DNA of 64,000 nucleotides from a virus, in the IMG/VR virus record IMGVR_UViG_3300017989_000002. The stretch is one strand, 5' to 3'. The notes under the pieces were generated by a model, which had not been told where the DNA came from, searched no databases, and worked only from the letters and a program-made list of their open reading frames with translations. Position 1 is the stretch's first letter; every line of letters begins with the position of its first letter. The position numbers were made by a program, and so were the translations under genes. Positions 26,931 to 36,446 of this stretch are shown here, piece by piece.

Positions 26931-28130
26931 ATGTTCACGATCGACATCCAGCGCAGCCTCATCCAGAACGGCGACGCCATCATCAAGTGCGAAGACGACA
27001 TGCTGTACTTCGGCGGCTCCAACTGGCTCCTCGCCTCCCCCATCCCGGCCACCGACATCATCCCGGCGCAGACGGCCGAGTTCCTCAAGGCGTTCTTCAC
27101 CGACCACCCCACCCGCGGCGCGGACATGGCCGTTCTGACCGCGGACCCGAAGTCGTTCGTCCGCCACGAGACCGGCCACAGCCACGAGTACCTGTTCCAG
27201 CCCGTCGGCGGCTTCCGCCCCACGGAGCTCTCGAACCACGCCTGGCACACCAAGGCCAGCAGCCCTCGCATGAACATCGAGACGGCCTCGCCGTCCCTGT
27301 TCGCGCCCGACCTCGTCGACCTCACCGCTCTGTGGAAGTCCGGCGACGTTCAGCCCTTCTACGGCGAGGCGGACGAGACCCGAAGTCTGAGCAAGCACCA
27401 GGCCGAGACCTTCCTCTTCCGGTTCAAGGCGCCCAGCGGACTGCAGCGCCTCGTGCACGTCGAGGCCGGTCCCTGGAAGGCGCTGCACGCTCTGGGTCTC
27501 CGGGCCTACGTGCCTGCCGACCAGCCGCACGCCGGGATCCCGCCCATCGGGTTCCGTCATGCCGACGACCCCAGCAAGCTGTTCGGCTTCCTCGAGCAGG
27601 TGACGCTGCCGACGACGCACTCCGATGACGGGCGGGACATGCTGTACAGCCCGCTGTCCTGCAGCTGGGCGACCGAGGAGTGGCTGCTCCGCGAGCTGGC
27701 AAAGCACCACGACGTGCGCCTCGACCAGCCGGCGCTCGTCAGCCTGGACCAGATCCTCGAGGCATCCAAGGCAGGCCCCTCCTGCGGCATCATCCCGCGC
27801 CGCTTCCGCGCCGCCGTCGACGTCCTGCGGTGGCGTGGCGTGAGCGAGGAGGAGATCTCCTCGTGGTTCGAGGAGAAGCTGCCTGGCGTCTACTACGAGA
27901 TGGCGCGGGGCGCGGCCAAGACGGCGCTCGACGTCGCCGACAGCCGCTTCCGCTACGTGACGGCGGGGATGCGGGACAACGAGGCGCGCACGAGCATCAT
28001 GCGCACACGCGACGAGCTCGAGCGGTGGTGGGGTTGGATGCCCTACGCAGCAGGTCAGCAGGTCATCAACGACGCCGTGAGCCTCCTCGACCAGAAGCTG
28101 GACGAGGCCCCCGGCGAGCCCACCGAGTAG
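26931..28130 (+). CDS. Hypothetical protein
   Basis: ATG at 26931 with AGGAG RBS. Confidence 0.65.
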   Translation: MFTIDIQRSLIQNGDAIIKCEDDMLYFGGSNWLLASPIPATDIIPAQTAEFLKAFFTDHPTRGADMAVLTADPKSFVRHETGHSHEYLFQPVGGFRPTELSNHAWHTKASSPRMNIETASPSLFAPDLVDLTALWKSGDVQPFYGEADETRSLSKHQAETFLFRFKAPSGLQRLVHVEAGPWKALHALGLRAYVPADQPHAGIPPIGFRHADDPSKLFGFLEQVTLPTTHSDDGRDMLYSPLSCSWATEEWLLRELAKHHDVRLDQPALVSLDQILEASKAGPSCGIIPRRFRAAVDVLRWRGVSEEEISSWFEEKLPGVYYEMARGAAKTALDVADSRFRYVTAGMRDNEARTSIMRTRDELERWWGWMPYAAGQQVINDAVSLLDQKLDEAPGEPTE

Positions 28131-28140
28131 GAGGCACCAC

Positions 28141-30135
28141 ATGAGGTTCATCGAAGACGTGCCGCCCGTGATCGAAGTGGGCGAGCACAACCTGGACGAG
28201 GTGTTCGAGCGGTGCTGGTACTACGACCAGATGGTCGGCCTGGATACCGAGACCCTCGGCAAGGGGCACCTCAAGACCGACGACCAGATCATCTGCATGA
28301 GCCTCTGCCCGGATGCGGAGGCCCGGTACTACGTGCCGCGGCCTCTCATCCGCCGCTTCCAGCCCCTGCTGGAGCGCGAGGACATCACGTGGGCCATCTT
28401 CAACGCCAAGTTCGACGTCCACCGCTTCGCCAACATGGGCATCCATGTCGGGGGGCGGTGGGCGGACGGCAATGTCCTCGACTGGTTGTTCGATGAGGAC
28501 CTCCGCGAGAACCGGCACGGCCTCAAGGAGTGCAGCGACGACTACCTCGGCATCCCGACCCACAGCTTCAAGCACCTGTTCGGCCGGGACAACATGGTGG
28601 ACGTCGCTACGCCAGGACACCCCAAGTACGAGCTCTTCGTCGACTACGCCGCGCTCGATGCCTGGCTGCACCGCGAGTGCTGCCTCCTGCTGTTGGACAA
28701 GCTCTCCGACCTCGTGAAGTGGCACGACAAGCCCGACGAGACCCTCATGTACCAGTACTGGTACGAGGAGGAGCCGCAGCTGCAGACGCTGTACAAGATG
28801 GAGCGCCGCGGCCTGGACACCGACGCAGGCCTCTTCGCCGCGATGCGCAAGAGGGTCGAGGCCGACATGGCCGTGGTCGCTGCTCGCATCAACTCGAAGC
28901 TGGGACGGCCCTTCAACCCGAACAGCACGCCGCAGAAGCAGGAGCTCCTGTACGCAGACCCGCCGCGCGGCCTCGGGCTGCCCGTGAAGCGCAAGACCAA
29001 GTCCGGCAACGGAGGGTCCACCGACGCGAAGACGATGGAGATGTACGCCGGCATGGGCGTCGAGGTCTGCCAGGACCTCGTGGAGTGGTCCGAGCTCGCG
29101 AAGCTCGAGGGCTACGTCAAGGGCCTACCGAAGCACATCTCCAAGAACACGGGACGCATCCACACCAAGTTCAGCCCCATCAAGGTGACCGGACGACTGT
29201 CCAGCGCCGAGCCGAACCTGCAGAACATCCCGCGGAAGGACAACGACAAGTACGGCATCCGAGGACTCCTCGTCGCACCGACCGACATGGGCGAGGAGTA
29301 CGTGCTCATCGTCGCCGACTACGCCCAGCTGGAGATGCGGGTGTTGGCCGACATCAGCGGCGACGAGACGATGATCAAGGGCATCATCGACGGCCTCGAC
29401 ATGCACTCGTACACGGCCGCCAACATGAACGAGATGGACTACGACGAGTTCGTGGCCCACGTGAAGGAGGGCAAGGCCAAGGAGAAGCTGCAGGCCGAGC
29501 TCCGAGACAGCGGCGTCCACGAGAACGACTACCCGGGAGAGGCGCGTCTCCTCGAGCGCGAGGTCTGGGCCATGGGCATGCGGACAGCAGCCAAGGCCAT
29601 CGGCTTCGGCATCGTCTACGGCATCACCGAGCACGGCCTGGCCGTTCAGCTCACCGAAGCCCTCGGACGTCCGGTCTCCAAGGAAGAGGCCCTGTCGATG
29701 ATCGAGATGTACCTGGACACCTTCCCCGGCGTCCGTGGCTACATGGAGACCACGAAGAAGACGGCGCGTCGCAGAGGGCGCGTGCAGACCTACCGTGGCC
29801 GCTTCCGTCGTCTGTCCAAGGCCAAGTCCCACCGCATGAGCGAGGTCCGTCGCGCTCTGCGCCAGGCCATCAACGCGCGCATCCAGGGCAGTGCCCACGA
29901 CATCGTGAAGCGCGCGATGCTGTACTGCGAGTTCGACTCGTACCTCCGGGTCGACCTCAAGGCCGAGATGGTGCTGCAGGTGCACGACGAGCTCATCTGG
30001 CGGTGTCCGCGGCGTACGGCCGACGAGGCCGTCGAGATCATCCAGCACCACATGGAGCACCCGTTCAAGAACCCCCTCCGCGTGCCTCTCATCGCGGAGC
30101 CGTCCATCGTGACCCGATGGTCGGATGCCAAGTGA
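28141..30135 (+). CDS. polA: Family A DNA polymerase with 3'-5' exonuclease, no 5'-3' exonuclease
   Basis: GLDTET, FNAKFD, YAALDA; TGRLSS..PNLQNIP; DYAQLEMR; RTAAKAIGFGIVYG; QVHDEL. Confidence 0.95.
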   Translation: MRFIEDVPPVIEVGEHNLDEVFERCWYYDQMVGLDTETLGKGHLKTDDQIICMSLCPDAEARYYVPRPLIRRFQPLLEREDITWAIFNAKFDVHRFANMGIHVGGRWADGNVLDWLFDEDLRENRHGLKECSDDYLGIPTHSFKHLFGRDNMVDVATPGHPKYELFVDYAALDAWLHRECCLLLLDKLSDLVKWHDKPDETLMYQYWYEEEPQLQTLYKMERRGLDTDAGLFAAMRKRVEADMAVVAARINSKLGRPFNPNSTPQKQELLYADPPRGLGLPVKRKTKSGNGGSTDAKTMEMYAGMGVEVCQDLVEWSELAKLEGYVKGLPKHISKNTGRIHTKFSPIKVTGRLSSAEPNLQNIPRKDNDKYGIRGLLVAPTDMGEEYVLIVADYAQLEMRVLADISGDETMIKGIIDGLDMHSYTAANMNEMDYDEFVAHVKEGKAKEKLQAELRDSGVHENDYPGEARLLEREVWAMGMRTAAKAIGFGIVYGITEHGLAVQLTEALGRPVSKEEALSMIEMYLDTFPGVRGYMETTKKTARRRGRVQTYRGRFRRLSKAKSHRMSEVRRALRQAINARIQGSAHDIVKRAMLYCEFDSYLRVDLKAEMVLQVHDELIWRCPRRTADEAVEIIQHHMEHPFKNPLRVPLIAEPSIVTRWSDAK

Positions 30136-30149
30136 CCCAGGAGACCAGC

Positions 30150-30332
30150 ATGGCTGACATGGAGAAGTACGGCGTCGTCGACACCGAGCAGGAGAAGACG
30201 GCGGCCTCGAAGGCGAAGAAGCAGATCGAGAAGGCTGGCGCCAAGCGCGCCGGGCCGGGTGCTGTTCCGGACGCGGACGCGTTCAAGAACAAGCTCGGCA
30301 AGCCGCCCACCAAGAAGCCCAAGGAGGACTGA
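30150..30332 (+). CDS. Small basic protein (MEKYGV...EKTAA)
   Basis: AGGAG RBS; fills the gap between pol and recA. Confidence 0.6.
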   Translation: MADMEKYGVVDTEQEKTAASKAKKQIEKAGAKRAGPGAVPDADAFKNKLGKPPTKKPKED

Positions 30333-30333
30333 C

Positions 30334-31407
30334 ATGGCCGCCCGCAAGACCCCAGAGCATGCCTTCGAGTTCGGAGCCTCCAAGAAGGAGCGCGACGCCC
30401 ACATCAAGAAGCTCATCAAGGACTCGAAGCAGGACCTCGCGGTCCTGGGGAAGATGCCCATCCGAGACGTCACGGTGATCCCGACCGGGAGCATCCGGCT
30501 GGACGTCGGGCTGGGCATCGGCGGGTGGCCCATCCACCGGGTCGTCGAGATCTTCGGAGCGGAGGGCTCGGGCAAGACCACCCTCGCCCTCCAGGCCGCG
30601 GCGAACTGCCAGAAGATGGGCGGCATCGTGGCCTTCGTCGACGCCGAGCACGCGCTCAACGTGGAGTACGCCAAGGACCTCGGCTGCGACCTGGACGAGA
30701 TGCTCATCAAGCAGCCCGACAACGGCGAGCAGGCGATGGAGGTCGTCCTCGAGCTCGTGCCCAAGGTCAACCTCATCGTTGTCGACAGCGTGGCGGCGCT
30801 CACACCCAAGGCCGAGCTCGAGGGAGACATCGGAGACCACCACCCTGGCGCGCAGGCGCGGCTCATGTCGCAGAGCCTCCGCAAGATCACGGCAGCCATC
30901 GGCAGGAGCCAGTGCTGCGTCATCTTCCTCAACCAGACGCGGCAGAAGATCGGCGTGAAGTTCGGCTCTCCGAAGACCACGTCGGGAGGCAACGCCCTGA
31001 AGTTCTACGCCTCCATCCGGTGCGAGGTCGTCCGCATCGGGAACGTGAAGGAGGGGGACATCACCGTCGGACAGCGCGACAAGGTGACCGTCCTGAAGAA
31101 CAAGCTGTCCCCTCCCTACCGAGTCGTGGAGTTCGACCTCATCTTCGGGGAAGGCACCTCCATCCTCGGAGAGTGCATCGACATCGGGCTGGAGATCGGG
31201 GCGCTCGACCGGAGCGGCTCCTGGTACAGCTTCGGCGACGTCTCGGTGCTCGGAACCGAGCTCTCGGCCATCGCAGGGAGTCGCATCGGACAGGGTCGCG
31301 TGCACGCGAAGCACACCCTCAAGAAGCACCCCGAGTTCATCGACCGCATGCGCGAAATCGCGCTGCGTGAGCTGCGCACCAGCCGCGCAGACCCCGAAGA
31401 CGACTGA
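30334..31407 (+). CDS. recA: RecA recombinase
   Basis: [67 protein letters not shown]. Confidence 0.97.
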   Translation: MAARKTPEHAFEFGASKKERDAHIKKLIKDSKQDLAVLGKMPIRDVTVIPTGSIRLDVGLGIGGWPIHRVVEIFGAEGSGKTTLALQAAANCQKMGGIVAFVDAEHALNVEYAKDLGCDLDEMLIKQPDNGEQAMEVVLELVPKVNLIVVDSVAALTPKAELEGDIGDHHPGAQARLMSQSLRKITAAIGRSQCCVIFLNQTRQKIGVKFGSPKTTSGGNALKFYASIRCEVVRIGNVKEGDITVGQRDKVTVLKNKLSPPYRVVEFDLIFGEGTSILGECIDIGLEIGALDRSGSWYSFGDVSVLGTELSAIAGSRIGQGRVHAKHTLKKHPEFIDRMREIALRELRTSRADPEDD

Positions 31408-31415
31408 GGTGACTG

Positions 31416-32030
31416 ATGGACTTGCCGCCCGGCGTCTACCGCAAGGTTCGGTGCCGCCACTGCTGCGTGAAGGGGACCGTGACCGTCCACGACGACGGGC
31501 GCGTGACCGAGAACCACAAGCACCGGGGCTGGTGCAAGCACGCTCCGGTGCAGCCCGAGCACTTCAAGAAGCGGAGGAAGCGCGTCCAGCGCCAGGAGGT
31601 CGACCTCGCCGAGGCTGCCGCCGGCCTGGTGCGTCTGACCCCCGCCTCGGGAGCCCTGAACGCCGACAACGACGCCCGCATGGTCGGCGGATGGCGCTTC
31701 GAGGCCAAGAGCACGGAGAAGGAACGCTGGGTGGTGACGCCCAAGTTCTGGTCCACGCTCTGCGAGCGCGGCCTCCGCAACGACGAGGAGCCGATGCTCG
31801 TCGTCGACTTCCTCACCCAGAACAGCTCGACGGAGCGCCTGTCCCTCATCCGCCGCGCGGCGTGGGACGGCGACGTCGGGGCTCCTCTCGAGACGACGGA
31901 CCCGTTGGCTCGAACCACCTACCACATGAAGCCTCTGCCGCGTGAGCCTCGCGCGGTGCCGGGCCTCGAGCCTCCCGCCGTCGTGCTCCCGTTCGACACG
32001 TGGCTCCAGCTCTTCAAGGACTCCCAGTGA
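31416..32030 (+). CDS. PD-(D/E)xK nuclease, Holliday-junction-resolvase-like
   Basis: RLTPASGA..ND...FEAKST; N-terminal CRHC..H..C metal-binding segment. Confidence 0.7.
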   Translation: MDLPPGVYRKVRCRHCCVKGTVTVHDDGRVTENHKHRGWCKHAPVQPEHFKKRRKRVQRQEVDLAEAAAGLVRLTPASGALNADNDARMVGGWRFEAKSTEKERWVVTPKFWSTLCERGLRNDEEPMLVVDFLTQNSSTERLSLIRRAAWDGDVGAPLETTDPLARTTYHMKPLPREPRAVPGLEPPAVVLPFDTWLQLFKDSQ

Positions 32031-33337
32031 AGAACTACTCCAAGCACATCTACGATGCCGCGGTCGGGCACGCTCCGGCCCCGACCGTCCACGAGCTGAT
32101 GACCCGAGATCCTCGAGACCTCGGAGCCGAGCTCGCGGACACGATCCTGCCCACCACCGCGTTCCGCCGCCTCTGCCATGCCGAAATGCGGCCCGTCCTC
32201 GCCACGTGGCTGCGTGCCCACTTCGGGCTGAAGATGACCGACGCGCCGACGATGGTGATGCACGGCCTGGACATGACGGGCCACGGGATCCTCGAGACCG
32301 AGCACGGCCGCTACCTGGTCGACTCCGTGATGATCCCGCTCAAGGGCTGGAACGACGGCATCCTGCAGCAGGCCGTGGCAAGCGCGGCGCTGGTGAAGGC
32401 CCACGCCACCGGCTGCTGCGACGGGGCGTACGTCCTGGTCGTCAACCAGAACAGCCTCAAGTGGGCGCTGTGGGAGGTCGAGGTCCCTCGGCCCAGCTAC
32501 CTCGAGAAGCTGTTCGCCCAGTTCCGGGAGCGTGCGGCGGCCTACGAGGAGGCCTACGAGGGTCACCGCAGGGACCGGGCTCCTGGCGTGGAAGGCTACC
32601 CGGTGGTCTCCACGCGGCACGTGACCGACGAGCAGCGCATGGCGTCCATCGTCAAGGAGCTCGCCCTCGTGGAGAGCGCGAAGCGCCGGGGAGGAGTCAT
32701 CAGCCCCTCCGAGGTCAGCATCACATCATGCGACCGACGCATCGCCTACGCGCTGAAGAAGACGCCCAAGGTGGACCGGTTCCCGACCCACCTGTACCGG
32801 GTGTTCGCCTACGGCACCGCCATCCACAACCTCACCCAGAGGCTCCTGCTCGACGCTCTGCCCGACCTGGTCGACGAGATGACGGTCGAGAACAAGAGCC
32901 TGCGCATCTACGGCAGCGCCGACGTCGGGGACCTAGCCGACATGGTGATGCTCGAGATCAAGAGCATGTCCACCCACCAGCACAAGAAGCTCCGCTCGCC
33001 GAAGAGCGACCACTGCGTCCAGGCCACCATCTACGCCCGGGCCGGGTCGCTCATCTTCAAGGTGGTCATCTACCTGTACGTGGACAAGGAGCTCTACACC
33101 ATCAAGGAGCTCCCCACGAAGGCTGACAGCTCGGAGTGGCACCGCATCGCCTCGCGCTGCAAGGGCATCAACGAGACGCTCAAGGCCGGCGACATGCCGC
33201 CTCGAACAGACAAGACGAGCGAGTGCGACAACTGCCCCGTCGCCTACGTCTGCAAGCCCGATGAGTTCGGCCACCTCGCCCCGGTGTCCCGAGTCATCAC
33301 CGCATCCCAGAAACGCCGCATGAGGAGGCCCGCATGA
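32027..33337 (+). CDS. Cas4/AddB-like PD-(D/E)xK exonuclease with degenerate N-terminal duplicate
   Basis: SPS..CDR, GTAIH, GSAD, LEIKS, QATIY, CDNCPVAYVC. Confidence 0.85.
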   Translation: MKNYSKHIYDAAVGHAPAPTVHELMTRDPRDLGAELADTILPTTAFRRLCHAEMRPVLATWLRAHFGLKMTDAPTMVMHGLDMTGHGILETEHGRYLVDSVMIPLKGWNDGILQQAVASAALVKAHATGCCDGAYVLVVNQNSLKWALWEVEVPRPSYLEKLFAQFRERAAAYEEAYEGHRRDRAPGVEGYPVVSTRHVTDEQRMASIVKELALVESAKRRGGVISPSEVSITSCDRRIAYALKKTPKVDRFPTHLYRVFAYGTAIHNLTQRLLLDALPDLVDEMTVENKSLRIYGSADVGDLADMVMLEIKSMSTHQHKKLRSPKSDHCVQATIYARAGSLIFKVVIYLYVDKELYTIKELPTKADSSEWHRIASRCKGINETLKAGDMPPRTDKTSECDNCPVAYVCKPDEFGHLAPVSRVITASQKRRMRRPA

Positions 33338-33960
33338 GCGAGATCCCCAAGGGAACGAGCCTCGACGTCGACGAGATCCTGGACCGCTACTCCAACATCA
33401 TGGAGATGGTCGAGCAGGAGCTCCATGACGCCGGAGTCCAGACCACCCCAGTACCTCCGAGCCTGTCGGGCGACCTGGAGGGGTACGTCACCTACGACGA
33501 CTCCTCCGGAGCGCCGCTGACGCCCAACGACCTGACCGAGTTCAGCCCGGTCATCCTGGGCAAGTTGGCGTCGTACTGGGGCGCCTGGACCAACTACTAC
33601 GAGACCCTGCTGTCTGCGGGCGAGGCGCGGGTCGACATCCTCGACGAGAAGACCAAGGTCATCAAGTCGGCGCTCACGCTCTACTACCGGGAGGACCACA
33701 ACCTCCCTGTCGACCTCATCAGCGACAAGGTCACCACCGACAACCGCTACGCCGAGTGGGTGAAGGAGCTCAACAAGGCGAAGCAGTTCAAGCGTGGGGT
33801 GATGCGCCAGCACGCCGCCTTCAAGCGCACCGGCAACCAGCTCAGCCGGGAGCAGACGCGCCGGAAGGACGAGATGGAGCGACACGGTGTCGGAGGGGGC
33901 TACAACCCCGGCAAGGGACCGCGCCCAGGGCCCAAGGCCGGCAGCTGGGGGAGGGACTGA
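33334..33960 (+). CDS. Helical protein (possible UvsY-like recombination mediator)
   Basis: Coiled-coil ORF inside the recombination cluster; function inferred from context only. Confidence 0.55.
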   Translation: MSEIPKGTSLDVDEILDRYSNIMEMVEQELHDAGVQTTPVPPSLSGDLEGYVTYDDSSGAPLTPNDLTEFSPVILGKLASYWGAWTNYYETLLSAGEARVDILDEKTKVIKSALTLYYREDHNLPVDLISDKVTTDNRYAEWVKELNKAKQFKRGVMRQHAAFKRTGNQLSREQTRRKDEMERHGVGGGYNPGKGPRPGPKAGSWGRD

Positions 33961-34475
33961 TGATCGTGCTGTGGACCACCGAGTTCCCTCCCTCGGTCAA
34001 CAACCTGTACTTCTTCCAGGGAGGCCGCTTCCGTCTCAAGACGGCGGGGAAGCGCTGGAAGAACAGGTTCAAGGAGAGCCGCGGCAACCTACGGCCCGCG
34101 CGCTTCGCCAAGATCCGCTGCGACCCCCACAAGGACTGGGCCATCATCATGTGCTTCTTCAAGCGCTTCGATGAGGTCTACAACGAGCGCCACGAGAGCA
34201 TCGTCGGGTACGAGAAGCGGGACAAGCGGGTGAAGCACCGCCACAAGGGCTGGGACGAGGACGGCCTCATCAAGGTCACGAAGGACGCGACCGCAGAGCT
34301 CCTGGGCTTCAACGACCGCAGCTTCATGACCACCCAGGCCAGCAAGCGACCCATCCAACCTGGCGGAGAGCGGGGTGTCGTGATCGCCGTCATGGAGCTC
34401 AACCTCCAGGGCGGCTTCGACCCCTTCGAGTTCGACCCCGAGCTCCTCTACGCCGCCATCCACGGGGAGGCCTGA
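33960..34475 (+). CDS. RusA-like Holliday junction resolvase
   Basis: PPSVNNLY...KRWK...DEDGLIKVTKDA...FNDR. Confidence 0.75.
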   Translation: MIVLWTTEFPPSVNNLYFFQGGRFRLKTAGKRWKNRFKESRGNLRPARFAKIRCDPHKDWAIIMCFFKRFDEVYNERHESIVGYEKRDKRVKHRHKGWDEDGLIKVTKDATAELLGFNDRSFMTTQASKRPIQPGGERGVVIAVMELNLQGGFDPFEFDPELLYAAIHGEA

Positions 34476-34834
34476 TGGCCACCGCCAGACGCTACCGCAG
34501 GCTCCGCAAGGACCCTGAACTGGACCCCACCCGACTGGGCGAGTGCTCGGACAGCGAGCTCGTCGCCATCTGCCGGAAGCTGGGGTTCCTCACCGCATCG
34601 CGGGCCATGCACCGTGACGACCTCATCAGCCTCGCTCGCATGGAAATCGAGGCCCCACCGGATCTGCTGCACGAGATCCGACTGAAGACGCACAAGAAGG
34701 TGCGGGGCAAGCAGCTGCTCCGCACCGTCATGAACTGCGACCTGCACTGCCCCACTTGTCCGCACGACAAGGTGGTCCAGTGCTACGCCATCAACCACGA
34801 CAGAGTCGACCCGATCCAGCTGGAGGAACCGTGA
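34475..34834 (+). CDS. Small Cys-rich protein (CxxxCxxC...C)
   Basis: NCDLHCPTCPHDKVVQCY. Confidence 0.65.
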   Translation: MATARRYRRLRKDPELDPTRLGECSDSELVAICRKLGFLTASRAMHRDDLISLARMEIEAPPDLLHEIRLKTHKKVRGKQLLRTVMNCDLHCPTCPHDKVVQCYAINHDRVDPIQLEEP

Positions 34835-36069
34835 AGAAGAAGGAAGTCCTGGACATCATCGAGGGGGTCACCCCCGAGAGCACCACCGAGGAGGCCCAGG
34901 AGGCCTACAAGACCCTCACCGAGACGAAGGGGGTGAACAAGGTCTACGTCGTCAACGCGGCGCAGAAGGTGTTCGACCTCGGGACGGTGAGCGGCATGAA
35001 GGTGCTGTCCTCGTTCGATCGCGCGGACCTGGTGCGCGTCACCGTTGCGGCACGCCATGGCGTGTTCGACTTCGGCGCGCTCGTGTTCCCGCGCAAGACG
35101 CCCGACGGCAAGGAGGAGGGCACCTACACCTACCCCAAGCCCGAGAAGATCATGGCCGCCATCGAGGCCGCCTACGACGAGGAGTACGAGAAGATCGACA
35201 TCGATGACCTCCTCCCCCCGGCCAACGAGGTCGGAGGGAAGGTGCCGAAGGTGTCGTTCAAGAAGGTCGTGCCGAAGGGCAAGGCCCCCCGCAAGTCCTC
35301 GTCCTCGAAGAAGGAGGACAAGCCCAAGCCCGCCGCTGCCGAGACCCCCACCCCACAGGAGGAGCCCGTGGCCGACAAGCCCGCGCCCGACAAGGACACC
35401 CGTCCGCACCCCACCGCCCACGTCGACCTCGACCTCGAGGGCCTGTCCGACGACGTGGCGACCAAGGTCGCGCATCTCCTCGCCCCCGGCATCCAGCGCT
35501 CGTTCGCGGTCGTCGGCAAGGGCCAGCACGCCGCGGCGCACGTCTTCACCTCCATCCTGCAGCGTCAGGACGCGCTCGCCGAGACGCTCGAAGTCCTCGG
35601 CTGCTACCTCGACCCCGAGTTCGAGGGCGCGGAGTTCCCCGAGGCCCCCGTGAACGCGCTGCAGAGCCTCATCGCCTCCGCGCGCACGCTGGTCGGCGAG
35701 GAGAACGTGGTCGACGCCGAGGTTCCGGACGAGAAGCCGGTGAAGGCCCCGCCGAAGGAGGAGGTCGAGGAGAAGCCGGTGAAGGCCCCGCCGAAGGAGG
35801 AGGCCTCGACGAAGGAGGAGGCCCCCGAGAAGAAGAAGGCCGAGCCCTCCGGCGACCTCTACTCCTCGGCGGACCTCGAGGACATCGACGCCGGCGACAT
35901 CGACCTGCGCCGCGTGAACTTCAGCGAGGACATGCTGCGCGCCGAGTACGGCGTGCCGGTGCTCAAGAAGATCATCGAGGCCTTCGGCGAGGTTCCGGGC
36001 GCTCCGACCCGCGGCCTGCTCGTCAACCGGGTGCTGTCGCTCGCGAAGCGCGACCAGCTGCTCGACTGA
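34831..36069 (+). CDS. Hypothetical acidic, low-complexity protein
   Basis: GTG start with GGAGG; last gene of the plus-strand operon. Confidence 0.7.
   Translation: MKKKEVLDIIEGVTPESTTEEAQEAYKTLTETKGVNKVYVVNAAQKVFDLGTVSGMKVLSSFDRADLVRVTVAARHGVFDFGALVFPRKTPDGKEEGTYTYPKPEKIMAAIEAAYDEEYEKIDIDDLLPPANEVGGKVPKVSFKKVVPKGKAPRKSSSSKKEDKPKPAAAETPTPQEEPVADKPAPDKDTRPHPTAHVDLDLEGLSDDVATKVAHLLAPGIQRSFAVVGKGQHAAAHVFTSILQRQDALAETLEVLGCYLDPEFEGAEFPEAPVNALQSLIASARTLVGEENVVDAEVPDEKPVKAPPKEEVEEKPVKAPPKEEASTKEEAPEKKKAEPSGDLYSSADLEDIDAGDIDLRRVNFSEDMLRAEYGVPVLKKIIEAFGEVPGAPTRGLLVNRVLSLAKRDQLLD
35731..35803 (+). repeat. 34-bp direct repeat, 39-bp period, in frame (EKPVKAPPKEE x2)
   Basis: gagaagccggtgaaggccccgccgaaggaggagg at 35731 and 35770. 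Confidence 0.9.
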
Positions 36070-36084
36070 CGTCGCCTGCCCACC

Positions 36085-36139
36085 CGACCCCGTCTCCCGT
36101 TCAGGGGGGCGGGGTCGTCCCGGCCGGCCCTTCTTCGCT
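36085..36139 (+). terminator. Hairpin plus CTTCTTCGCT end signal of the replication operon
   Basis: CGACCCCGTCTCCC-gttca-GGGGGGCGGGGTCG (the G-U pairs work only on the + strand), then 12 nt, then CTTCTTCGCT. Confidence 0.65.
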
Positions 36140-36439
36140 CAGACCCACCTGTCGCACCAAGATCTGGAGCAAGGCCTTCACGGCAGGGTCCTGCACCATT
36201 CCGAGGTGGTGCTTCACGGCGGCGATGTCCTGCTGGTGCTGCGTCTCGTGGGGAGCCGGAGCCGTGTCAGAAGACCGCGGACGGTAGCGGAGGAACGCGC
36301 CGTCCACGTAGCGCCACTCCCGGAGAGCGAGGTCTCGGTCACTCTCGACCACGAGGGAGCGCTTGTAGACGGAGTCGCGAGGCTTCGCGGTCAGCTTCTG
36401 CCGGATCAGGCCGTTGGAGTTGATGACGTAGTAGAACAC
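36101..36439 (-). CDS. Small tail-fibre-associated protein
   Basis: GTG start with GAGG; last gene of the tail operon. Confidence 0.6.
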   Translation of the reverse strand: MFYYVINSNGLIRQKLTAKPRDSVYKRSLVVESDRDLALREWRYVDGAFLRYRPRSSDTAPAPHETQHQQDIAAVKHHLGMVQDPAVKALLQILVRQVGLSEEGPAGTTPPP

Positions 36440-36446
36440 GGAGACC

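Noticed and set aside
29455-29580. Intein or intron in the DNA polymerase
   Set aside because: The insertion before motif B is only about 35 aa and has no Cys/Ser start or His-Asn end.
32027-33337. CRISPR-Cas system
   Set aside because: Solo Cas4-like nuclease in a recombination operon; no cas1/cas2 and no repeat-spacer array seen.
35731-35803. Direct repeat as an att site, origin or mini-CRISPR
   Set aside because: Only two copies, in frame, in a Pro/Lys/Glu linker: a simple coding duplication.
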